Position numbers and translations under genes: made by a program
In this document: in pieces, positions 31,322 through 41,800 of the stretch
Numbering within the stretch: the stretch's first letter is position 1
Layout: the number at the start of each line of letters is the position of its first letter
Assembly (NCBI GenBank): GCA_002382495.1
Contig: DFXW01000041.1
Span: 158,943 to 222,942, forward strand
Length of the DNA: 64,000 nucleotides
Direction of reading: 5' to 3'
Origin: Flavobacterium sp. UBA4098
Lineage (GTDB): Bacteria; Bacteroidota; Bacteroidia; Flavobacteriales; Flavobacteriaceae
The notes under the pieces: model-generated
The model's database searches: none
What the model was told of the DNA's origin: nothing
What the model saw: the letters and a program-made list of their open reading frames with translations, nothing else

Positions 31322-32089
31322 ATGATATTGACCGATACCCATACACATTTGTGTTCTGAAGAGTTTGACCAAGACCGAACCGAGATGATCCAACGCGCCA
31401 TCAGCGCAGGAGTTTCTCGATTTTTTATTCCGTCCATTGACAGTTCTGAAACGCAGAAAATGTATGATTTGGAGGCCCAATTTCCTGACAATGTGCATCT
31501 AATGATTGGTTTGCATCCTTGTTATGTAAAAGAAAATTATTTAGAAGAATTAGCCCATGTGGAAACCCAATTGGCGCAACATAAATTTTATGCTATTGGC
31601 GAAATTGGAATTGATTTGTACTGGGACAAAACTACTTTGGCTATTCAAAAGATTGCTTTTCAACGCCAAATCCAATGGGCCAAGCAATATGGTTTAGCTA
31701 TTAATATTCACTGTCGCGATGCCTTTGACGAAGTTTTTGAAGTCCTAGAATTGGAAAAATCACCCGAATTATTCGGAATTTTTCATTGTTTTACTGGCGA
31801 TTTGTATCAAGCCCAAAGAGCTATTTCGTATGGATTAAAATTAGGAATTGGCGGAGTAGCCACTTTTAAAAACGGAAAAATAGATCAGTTTTTAGACCAA
31901 ATCCCATTGGAACATATTGTACTCGAAACCGATTCGCCTTATTTAGCTCCGGTTCCTTATCGTGGCAAGCGCAATGAAAGCAGTTATACCCTTTTGGTTG
32001 CCCAAAAATTAGCCGAAATTTATCAGCTGTCAGTTGCTGAAATCGCACAAATTACAACCGAGAATTCCCAAGCAGTTTTCGGGATTTAA
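31322..32089 (+). CDS. tatD: TatD family hydrolase
   Basis: DTHTH, GLHP, GEIGID, IHCR and ETDSPY motifs. Confidence 0.93.
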   Translation: MILTDTHTHLCSEEFDQDRTEMIQRAISAGVSRFFIPSIDSSETQKMYDLEAQFPDNVHLMIGLHPCYVKENYLEELAHVETQLAQHKFYAIGEIGIDLYWDKTTLAIQKIAFQRQIQWAKQYGLAINIHCRDAFDEVFEVLELEKSPELFGIFHCFTGDLYQAQRAISYGLKLGIGGVATFKNGKIDQFLDQIPLEHIVLETDSPYLAPVPYRGKRNESSYTLLVAQKLAEIYQLSVAEIAQITTENSQAVFGI

Positions 32090-32152
32090 TCCAGAATTGA
32101 CGCTAATTTGGGTTTTTTTTTGTTCATTTGTCCTCTATAAAATTATTTTAAA

Positions 32153-33289
32153 ATGCAAAAGTTTGACGCCATACGCCCTTTTTATGAAACTGAAGTAAAT
32201 GAGGCATTACAATCTGTAATTTCCCATCCAATGATGAAGGCGTTAATGAATTTTACTTTTCCAGAAATGGAAGATGAGGTTTGGAAAGCACAATTGAAAA
32301 AAACCCATTCCATTCGTGATTTTCAATGTAATTTTATTTATCAAACCGTTCAAAAAATTTTAGAAAACAGTTCCGATGGTTTGACCACTTCGGGCTTTGA
32401 GCATCTGGAAAAAAACAATTCGTATTTGTTTATTTCCAATCATAGAGATATTCTTTTAGATACCACTTTATTGAATGCCGCTTTATTTCAAAACGGCCAT
32501 TTGATGACGGCTTCAGCAATTGGTGATAATTTGGTTCAAAAATCATTCATCAAAACCTTGGCGCGACTGAATCGTAATTTCTTAGTATTGAGAGGTTTGT
32601 CGCCAAGAGAAATGTTACAAAGTTCCAAATTATTATCTGAATATATGGGGCAGTTGTTGTTACACGAAAACCGTTCGGTTTGGATTGCACAACGCGAAGG
32701 ACGAACCAAAGATGGTAACGACGAAACCAATCCAGGGGTGTTAAAAATGATTGGTATGGCCTCTGATGAAGCCGATGTAATGCAGTACTTTAAAAAGCTG
32801 AAAATCGTTCCGGTTTCGATATCCTACGAGTACGACCCAACCGATGTCTTGAAAATGCCGCAACTTTTGGCAGAAGCCAATAACGAAGTGTATGTTAAAT
32901 CCAAAAATGAAGATTTGAATACGATTTTGAGTGGCGTGATGGGACAAAAGAAACGCATTCATTTGCACATTGGAAAAGTATTGGACACTGAAATTGACCA
33001 AATCGTTGCTGAAAATGATTCGTCAAACAAACAAATTCAAGCTTTGGCACAAAAAATTGACGATGCCGTTTTAAGTAACTACAAACTATGGCCGACTAAC
33101 TTTATCGCCTACGATATTGTGCATAAATCGTCGACCTATTCTCACCTGTACACCGAATCAGAAAAATCACTTTTTGAGCGCCGATTGGAGATGCGAATTG
33201 GTTTAGACAATCCAATTGCATTGGAAGGATTTTTGGCTATGTATGCCAATCCGGTAGTTAATAAATTAAAATACAACCATGCTTTCTAA
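32153..33289 (+). CDS. Glycerolipid acyltransferase (PlsC-like)
   Basis: NHRDILLD (HxxxxD) and QREGRTKDG motifs. Confidence 0.85.
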   Translation: MQKFDAIRPFYETEVNEALQSVISHPMMKALMNFTFPEMEDEVWKAQLKKTHSIRDFQCNFIYQTVQKILENSSDGLTTSGFEHLEKNNSYLFISNHRDILLDTTLLNAALFQNGHLMTASAIGDNLVQKSFIKTLARLNRNFLVLRGLSPREMLQSSKLLSEYMGQLLLHENRSVWIAQREGRTKDGNDETNPGVLKMIGMASDEADVMQYFKKLKIVPVSISYEYDPTDVLKMPQLLAEANNEVYVKSKNEDLNTILSGVMGQKKRIHLHIGKVLDTEIDQIVAENDSSNKQIQALAQKIDDAVLSNYKLWPTNFIAYDIVHKSSTYSHLYTESEKSLFERRLEMRIGLDNPIALEGFLAMYANPVVNKLKYNHAF

Positions 33290-34307
33290 AGCAAAAATAT
33301 TGCTGATTTATACCGGAGGAACTATCGGTATGAAGAAAGATTTTGCAACGGGTGCGTTGAAGGCTTTCAATTTTAGTAAGTTGTTGCAACGCATTCCAGA
33401 ACTTAAGTTGTTGGATTGCGAAATCGAATCCATTTCGTTTGAAAATCCGATCGACTCCTCCAATATGAATCCGGAGAAGTGGGTCAAATTAGCCACTATA
33501 ATCGAGAACAATTATACTGCTTTTGATGGCTTTGTGGTGCTTCATGGTTCCGATACGATGTCGTATACCGCTTCGGCTTTGAGTTTTATGATGGAACATT
33601 TGGCCAAGCCAATTATATTCACAGGTTCGCAATTGCCTATTGGAGATTTGCGTACCGACGCTAAAGAAAATCTAATCACAGCTATTCAAATTGCATCGTT
33701 GCGAGAGAATGGACAAGCCGTTGTTCAAGAAGTGGGTTTGTACTTCGAATACAAATTGTACCGTGCGAATCGCACCACCAAAATCAATGCCGAACATTTC
33801 AAAGCGTTTACCTCGCCTAATTATCCTTTTTTGATCGAATCGGGAGTGCATCTGAAAATCAATTCGGAGGCGTTGCTTCCTGTTTCCGGAAAAGAGTTGC
33901 GTGTGCATAAAAATTTAGACACCAATGTGATTATCCTGAAATTATTCCCAGGTATTAGTGAACATTTAATAGATGCCCTTGTAGCTATTCCGAATTTGAA
34001 AGGGATCGTTTTAGAAACCTACGGAGCTGGCAATGCGCCTACTGACGATTGGTTTTTGGCTGTTTTACAAAAAGCCATTCAAAAAGGAATTCATATTATC
34101 AATGTGACCCAATGTTCAGGTGGAAGTGTCCGAATGGGTCAATATGAAACCAGCACCGCTTTGCGCGAAATAGGAGTGATCTCTGGTAACGACATTACGA
34201 CAGAAGCTGCTATTACAAAGTTGATGTATCTGTTAGGCCAAAATGAATTGGTGTCCAATTTTAAAGAGGTATTTGAAACTTCGTTACGAGGTGAAATCCA
34301 AGAATAA
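33279..34307 (+). CDS. ansA: Type I L-asparaginase
   Basis: YTGGTIGM, HGSDTM and TGSQLP motifs. Confidence 0.92.
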   Translation: MLSKAKILLIYTGGTIGMKKDFATGALKAFNFSKLLQRIPELKLLDCEIESISFENPIDSSNMNPEKWVKLATIIENNYTAFDGFVVLHGSDTMSYTASALSFMMEHLAKPIIFTGSQLPIGDLRTDAKENLITAIQIASLRENGQAVVQEVGLYFEYKLYRANRTTKINAEHFKAFTSPNYPFLIESGVHLKINSEALLPVSGKELRVHKNLDTNVIILKLFPGISEHLIDALVAIPNLKGIVLETYGAGNAPTDDWFLAVLQKAIQKGIHIINVTQCSGGSVRMGQYETSTALREIGVISGNDITTEAAITKLMYLLGQNELVSNFKEVFETSLRGEIQE

Positions 34308-34360
34308 TTCTTTTTCATTTTTCTAAGTCAGTTTTTTTTAAGTTATTTGCAACCCCAATT

Positions 34361-34447
34361 AGAGAGGTGTCCGAGTGGTTGAAGGAGCAAGCCTGGAAAG
34401 TTTGTATATGGGTAACTGTATCGTGGGTTCGAATCCCATCCTCTCTG
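34361..34447 (+). tRNA. tRNA-Ser (anticodon GGA), CCA not encoded
   Basis: Acceptor stem AGAGAGG/CCTCTCT plus G discriminator; D-arm CCGAGTGGTTGAAGG; anticodon arm CAAGC-CTGGAAA-GTTTG; long variable arm; GGGTTCGAATCCC T-arm. Confidence 0.96.
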
Positions 34448-34453
34448 CAATTT

Positions 34454-34495
34454 TAAATCCCCAAGAAATACAGTTTTGTAATTCTTGGGGATTTA
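34454..34495 (+). terminator. Hairpin/terminator after tRNA-Ser
   Basis: TAAATCCCCAAGAA/TTCTTGGGGATTTA 14-bp inverted repeat. Confidence 0.75.
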
Positions 34496-34620
34496 TTATT
34501 TGTAAGATATTTATTAAAAAAAATTGCTAAAAATTCAATTTTACGATAAAAAAGTGTCTTGTTTTTTATTTTATTGGACAATTTTGTTGTATTTTATAAA
34601 TGAAAATAAGGGAATATCAT

Positions 34621-34628
34621 TATTTTTG
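34621..34628 (+). promoter_or_regulatory. Candidate -7 promoter box of the fibre locus
   Basis: TATTTTTG matches TAnnTTTG, ~75 nt before the first ATG; chance matches are possible in AT-rich DNA. Confidence 0.45.
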
Positions 34629-34703
34629 TAGGTTAACACATATAGGTAATAAAAATTAAGAGGTCTAGCACCCCTTTTTTTGTAAAAAATAAAGTGATTA
34701 ATA

Positions 34704-35180
34704 ATGAAAGTAGTTGTCTTGTTTTTCTTTTGTAGCTTGATGTATGGGCAAAAATTGCACCATCATATGCTTTCTGCTCATGGAGGTGTTGCTACAACAT
34801 CAACGGGTATAAAGGTGACTCACACGATTGCTCAGCAAGGTGTTATTGGTACCTCTACAACAAAAAAAGTAATTTTAGGTCAGGGATTTCAACAAAGTAA
34901 AATTTCCAATGTTCAGCGCATTACTAACGATGCAATAACCACTTTGGTGTACCCAAATCCAGTGGTAGATGTTCTGAACTTTAAATTTTCGGCGCCTGTA
35001 ACTGGTAAAATTGCTGTTTCTATTTTTGATATTCATGGGCGTTTGATATTGTTTCAAGAAAAAGAAGCAATTGATACTATACTTTCTATAACTAATTTAT
35101 TAATAGCTTCAGGAGAGTATGTTGTTAAACTCGACGGAAATCGCTATTCTTTCACCACCACCATTTTAAAATCAAAATAA
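34704..35180 (+). CDS. Small T9SS type-A C-terminal-domain protein
   Basis: Signal peptide; short N-domain ending in QGFQQ; then VYPNP...IFDIHGR...GEYVVKL...ILK (Por secretion tail pattern). Confidence 0.85.
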   Translation: MKVVVLFFFCSLMYGQKLHHHMLSAHGGVATTSTGIKVTHTIAQQGVIGTSTTKKVILGQGFQQSKISNVQRITNDAITTLVYPNPVVDVLNFKFSAPVTGKIAVSIFDIHGRLILFQEKEAIDTILSITNLLIASGEYVVKLDGNRYSFTTTILKSK

Positions 35181-35191
35181 TCAAAAAATAA

Positions 35192-35818
35192 ATGAAAAAA
35201 ATTATACCCCACATCCTTTTTTTCCTTCTTACCATCACCGCTTACTCCCAAGGAGTATTCTTCAATCTTGGTAAAAACTTTAGCACATTTCAATACAAAA
35301 ACAAATCGGCCTTCACAGATAAATTAGGCATTAAAGGCTTTGGCGATGCGTATGAAATTGGGTATACCGATGTTTTGAAATACAAAAATTTTAAAGATTT
35401 AAAGTATACAGGAAGTGTTACCATCAACGATTACAATGCTATTGCGGCATCAAATGTGAACAAATTAGAATGGAAAACGACTTACTTGGGTGTACAGAGT
35501 TCTGTAGACTATCAATTTTATGATTCGTTTTACTTTTTCTTGAGTGCTAAAGCAGGATTGAACCTTTCAACCCTACTGAGAGGCCATCAACAAATCGATA
35601 ATTCAGCGGTAAACTTAGTGGGTGTAAATGAATTTTCAGGCATCATTATTCAACCAGTTCTTGGGGTGTATGCCAAATACTATTTAACCAAAAACGGCTA
35701 TTTAAGCGCTGGCTTAAACCTAAGCAAGAGCTTAAAATTAGGCAACAATTCTGATCATGTTTCTATTAATACAACCCAAATCCTTTTCGGAGGTTATTTT
35801 GATTTAATAAAAAGATAA
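35192..35818 (+). CDS. Small outer-membrane beta-barrel protein (putative)
   Basis: Signal peptide plus Gln; amphipathic beta-strand pattern; C-terminal FGGYF strand. Confidence 0.65.
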   Translation: MKKIIPHILFFLLTITAYSQGVFFNLGKNFSTFQYKNKSAFTDKLGIKGFGDAYEIGYTDVLKYKNFKDLKYTGSVTINDYNAIAASNVNKLEWKTTYLGVQSSVDYQFYDSFYFFLSAKAGLNLSTLLRGHQQIDNSAVNLVGVNEFSGIIIQPVLGVYAKYYLTKNGYLSAGLNLSKSLKLGNNSDHVSINTTQILFGGYFDLIKR

Positions 35819-35824
35819 TTCCCC

Positions 35825-38800
35825 ATGAAAAAATTATTTTACATCCTTCTTTTATTAGGTTCAACTTATGTTTTTGCTCAAAACAAAGGCATGACGTACC
35901 AAGCTGTAATCTATGCGCCCGGAGGGCAAAATGTTCCGGGTGTCAACGTGGCCAATGTCCCAATGACCAACCGAACAATTTGTTTGCAATTTAGTTTGTT
36001 AGATGCTAGTTCTACTGTAGAATACCAAGAGGTAGTTAAAACAAAAACAGACGAATTTGGTATGGTGAATATCACTATTGGTAGTGGTACTCAAACCGGT
36101 GGTTATGCCACTTCATTTGCTTCAGTTGTTTGGAGTGCTTCAGCAGATAAATCGATGAAAGTAGCACTTGATGCCACAGGATTGTGTAACCAATACGAGG
36201 AATTATCAGTAGAGAAATTGGACGCTGTTCCTTTTGCCAATGCTGCAATTACTGCCGGAAATGTAACTGGAGTTGTCGCTTTGACTAATGGAGGAACGGG
36301 TGCAACTACCGCTGCTGGAGCCAGAACCAATCTAGGAATTGGCAATGTAGACAATACTTCAGATTTGAATAAACCAATGTCAACGGCTACCAAAACTTAT
36401 GTTGATAGTCAATTAACAAATAGTACGATAGTGGATGCAGACGCAAACACTAAAGGGAAAGTACAACTAGCAGGTGATTTAGCAGGAACTGCTGCAGCAC
36501 CTACTGTACCTGGATTAGCTTTGAAAGAAAATGCAGCCAACAAATCGACTACGACGACCTTAGGGACAAGCAACGTTTTATTCCCAACACAAAATGCGGT
36601 TAAAACCTATGTGGATACCGCTATTGCGGGAGCTACTATTGTTGATGCCGATGCCAATACTAAAGGAAAAATTCAGTTAGCGGGTGATTTAGCAGGAACT
36701 GCTGCAGCACCAACGGTACCCGGATTAGCTTTAAAATTAGATGCTAGTTTGGCGGGTGTTCCTAACGGTATTGCGACCTTAAATTCGGCAGGTATTATTC
36801 CTGCAAACCAGTTGCCACCAATCAGTGTGGCATCTACCAATGTGGTGGGTAGTCAAGCTGCAATGTTGGCTTTGAGCAATGCTACTGTAGGAAGTATCGC
36901 TGTAAGAACAGACCTTAATAAAAACTTTATACTATCTACAGCTGGACCCTCTGTTTTGGCTAACTGGATTGAATTGTTAACCCCTGGAGCACCAGTACAA
37001 TCTGTAAATGGTTTGACGGGAGCCATTCAACTTTCAAAGGCAGATATCAATTTAGCTAATGTAGACAATACATCGGATGCTGCTAAACCTATTTCGACAG
37101 CAACTCAAAATGCGTTGAATTTAAAATTAAATACCAACCAAGTGGGTGTTCCCAATGGAACAGCGAGTTTAAATGCGTTGGGTAAAATACCTACGGAACA
37201 AATTCCGGCCATTTCATTTTCAAGTGTAAAAGTATTGGCTAGCCAAGCGGAAATGTTAGCTCAGACCAATGCTTTGATTGGTAGTGTTATAATTAGAACA
37301 GATGTAAATAAAAACTATGTTTTAGCACAATCAGATCCTACAATTTTAGCCAATTGGGTTGAATTGTTAACACCCGCTCCACCCGTGCAATCGGTTAATG
37401 GGTATGTAGGAAATGTATCTTTAACAAAAGCAGATTTAGGGTTGGGTAATGTGGATAACACAGGCGATATCAACAAACCCGTTTCAACCCCGACACAAAA
37501 CGCTTTGGATTTGAAAGCAAATTTAGCTTCGCCAAGCTTTACCGGAACCGTATCTGGAATTACCAAATCGATGGTTGGTTTAGCGAATGTGGACAATACA
37601 ACCGATCTAAACAAACCCGTGTCAACGGCTACACAAACAGCATTGGATTTGAAAGCCAATACAGTAGATCTTACTGCTGAAACCACAAGAGCAACTGCTG
37701 CAGAAGCTACTTTAACTACTAATGTGGCTACTAATGCGACTGCTATTGCAGCAGAAACGACTAGAGCTACAGCTGCAGAAGCTACTTTAACTACTAATGT
37801 GGCTACTAATGCGACTGCTATTGCAGCAGAAACGACTAGAGCTACGGCTGCAGAAGCTACTTTAACTACAAACGTGGCTACTAATGCCACTGCTATTGCT
37901 GCTGAAACCACAAGAGCAACTGCTGCAGAGGCAACGTTAACTACAAACGTAGCTACTAATGCAACGGCTATTGCGGCAGAAACGACTAGAGCAACGGCTG
38001 CAGAGGCTACTTTAACTACAAACGTGGCTACTAATGCCACTGCTATTGCGGCAGAAACGACAAGAGCTACAGCTGCTGAAGCTACTTTAACTACAAACGT
38101 GGCTACCAATACCACTGCTATTGCTGCTGAAACTACAAGAGCTACGGCTGCTGAAACTACATTGACAACTAATTTAGCTGCCGAAGTAACTAGAGCAACG
38201 GCTGCCGAAGCATTGAAAGCCAATGCTACAGATGTTACTACTTCTTTAGCATTAAAAGCCAATTTAGCTTCACCAACTTTCACAGGTACCCCAACAGCTC
38301 CTACGCCAGCAACGGCCGATAATTCGACTACTATCGCTACTACAGAATATGTTAAGAATTCGATTGTCGCTGCTAACGCAGGTTTAAGTACTATTGGTGC
38401 TATTTCAACTACTTCAGATCCTAAAGGCGCAATAATTAATGGAACTACAGAATTAGTATTAACACCAGCTGATGCCACTAATGGTGGGGTGGTAACTACA
38501 GGAGCTCAGACTTTTGCTGGAGCAAAGACATTTAATAGTGATATTAAAGTGAATGATATAACTGTAGGAGGAGGATCACAAACGTATGGGAATACTGCTC
38601 TTGGATATCTTACATTGGCTAGTAATCAACCAGCTTCTTATAACGCAGGATCGTGGAATACAGCCATTGGTCATTCTGCTATGTACAGAAATACAAATGG
38701 AAATTATAACACAGCAATTGGTAAATCAGCTCTTACTAATAATACGACAGGTAAATACAACACAGCAATTGGATACTATGCAGGATCAAGTTTGTATACA

Positions 38801-41800
38801 GTAAGTTCTACATTTCCTACAGATAATACATTAATCGGAACTGCTTCTGGTATGGGAATAACTACAGGAAGTTTCAATACTATTATTGGTTCTCAAACCT
38901 ACAATGTAGTAAACGGTACTGCAGTAGGTATAGGTATTACTACAGGAAGTAACAATACTATAATTGGATCAAAGATTTTAGGTTTGTCTCCCACATTATC
39001 CAATAATGTAATTTTAGCTGACGGTAGTGGAAATATTCGCGCGCAACATGATGGAACCAATGGATGGACTCTGGGAACAATATCTTCAGGTACTTGGAAC
39101 GGTACCGAAATTGCTATTGCCAAAGGAGGTACAGGAGCTACAACAGCGGCCGCTGCCTTAACTAATTTAGGAGCGGAACCTACTGCGAATAAAAGTACGG
39201 CCACTGATTTAGGAAATACTGCTCCGAGTGATCAATTATTCCCTTCTCAAAAAGCAGTGAAGGCATATGTAGATGCACAAACGGCAGCTGCGGGTGTATC
39301 GGATGGTTCTATTACCTCAGCCAAAATACTAGATGGTACTATTGCTGCTATTGATATTGCTGATAACACGATTACAGGGGCTAAGTTAAATAGTGACTTA
39401 TATGCCGCTGGTAAAAAGTTTACTTTTCAAGATTTATTGATTGGAGCAGGAACAACATTTGGAAAAATATCAACAGATGGGACTAAACATATTGCATTTG
39501 AACCAACCTATAATGTAGAATCAACACGATTCTGGGGGAATGGTAATATAACAATTCAAACAGGAGGAACGTTTACTGATAACGGATACAAATTAGAGGT
39601 AGCGGGTACTACTAAGTTTGGAGGTAATGCAACGATAGCAGGAACAGTTACAGCGAGTAGCGGAATTACCGGTACTCAATTTACGTCTACGATTGCTGAT
39701 GGTACAGCACCATTTGTGGTTACCTCAACTACTCCTGTAGCCAATTTAAGTATTGGAGGTAATGCGGCTACAGTAACGACCAATGCCAATTTAACAGGAG
39801 ATGTAACCAGTTCAGGGAACGCTACAACCATTGGAGCTAACAAAGTTGTAACTGCGATGATTGCAAATGCTACTATAACCAATGCCAAATTAGACAAAGC
39901 CAACATTCCATTAAGTGGTTTTGGAGCTGCTGCAGCTGACGTAGCTTTAGGAGCCAATAAATTGACTGGAGTAGCTGATCCTACTTTAGCTCAAGATGCA
40001 GCTACCAAAAATTATGTAGATACAGCAACAGCAGGAATTACCACTTTAGCTGAGGGGAAAATTTATTTAGGAAATGCGTCTAATGTAGCTACCGAAGTAA
40101 CACCATCAGGTGATGTAACTATTACAAATGCAGGAGTTACCGCAATTGGTACTGGTAAAGTAGTTGTAGGCATGCTTGCAACTGATGCAGTAGAAACTAT
40201 AAAAATAAAAGATGCTAATGTAACCGAAGCAAAATTAGCAGCTGATGCTGTGACTTCGGCAAAAATACTGAATGGTACTATTGTCGTTGCCGATTTAGCT
40301 GCCAATGCAGTAGAAGAAGCAAAAATAAAAGACGCCAATGTTACCACAGCTAAACTAGCCGATGCGGCAGTAACTACCGCAAAAATTACAGATGCCAATA
40401 TTACTACAGCAAAACTAGCGGATACAGCAGTTACAACGGCAAAGATTACAGATGCGAATGTGACTTACGCTAAAATTCAAAATGTAAGTGCTACCGATAA
40501 AGTGTTAGGACGTGTAACAGCTGGTGCTGGAGTTGTGGAAGAGATTGCAACCACCGGATCGGGGAATGTAGTAAGAGCTACTTCACCAACATTAGTAACA
40601 CCTGTTTTAGGCGCTGCCACTGCAACTACCATAAATAAAGTTACAATTACACCACCTACTACAAGTGCTACCTTAACTATTGCCGATGGCAAAACCTTAA
40701 CCGCTAATAACTCTATTGTTGTAGCGGGTACTGACGCAACAACAATGACCTTTCCAACAACTGATGCAACCATTGCACGAACGGATGCCGCACAAACTTT
40801 TACCGGTGTACAAACCTTTAGCTCTGATATGGTAGTTAACAGTGTCAATATTGGACGTGGAAAAGGAGCAGTGGCTACCAATACTGCAGTAGGAACCGAT
40901 GCCATTAGCGCTACCGCAACCGGTACCGAAAATGCAGCATTGGGGTATAATGCCTTAAAAGTAGTGACTAGTGGTAGTTTCAATACCGCCATAGGATCGC
41001 AAGCGGTAAAGAGTGTAACTTCAGGTTCAAACAACACGGCATTGGGATACCAAGCTTTAAGAGATAATACAACTGGTGAGGCCAATACCGCGATTGGAAA
41101 AGAAGCACTTGCGGCATTAAATAGTAGTGCTACACCTAATGATCGAAATACAGCAATTGGTGCCGCGTCTTTTTTAAATTTGACTTCTGGCCAATTCAAT
41201 GTTGGGGTAGGTCAAGGAAGTTTACTTTATGCTACTTCTGGATCTAGTAACATTGCTATAGGTCGCTATGCAGGAGAAACCTCAAGTGCTTCTAGTCAAG
41301 TAACTACCTCTAATAAGAGTATTTTTATAGGAACCAATACAAAACCTTTGAGCGCCACTTCAGAAAATGAAATAATAATTGGAGATAGAGCGATTGGATT
41401 GGGGGATAATTCGACTGTACTAGGAAATTCATCAAGTACCCAAGCCAAAATATTTGGAGCTTTAGATCTCCCGGATGCGACTACCTCAACCTCAACAACA
41501 ACGGGAGCGCTGAAAGTAGGAGGTGGAGTTGGTATTGTAGAGAATCTTAACGTGGGGGGCAATGCTAAAATTACCGGAACCTTAACAGTTACTAATGGAG
41601 CAGGAGCAGGAAAAGTATTGACCTCAGATGCCAATGGATTGGGGACTTGGACAACACCAACAGGTGTAACCACAATGGCTGCTATTGGAAGTGCGCCCAA
41701 TGCCAATGGAGCCACGATCTCAGGGGCGAATTTGAATTTAGAACCGGCAAGCGCTACTTATGGTGGTGTGGTCACTACGGGGGCACAAACCTTTGCTGGA

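Noticed and set aside
37676-38209. CRISPR array
   Set aside because: The repeats are contiguous, in-frame 75-bp coding units with synonymous variation; no unique spacers and no cas genes
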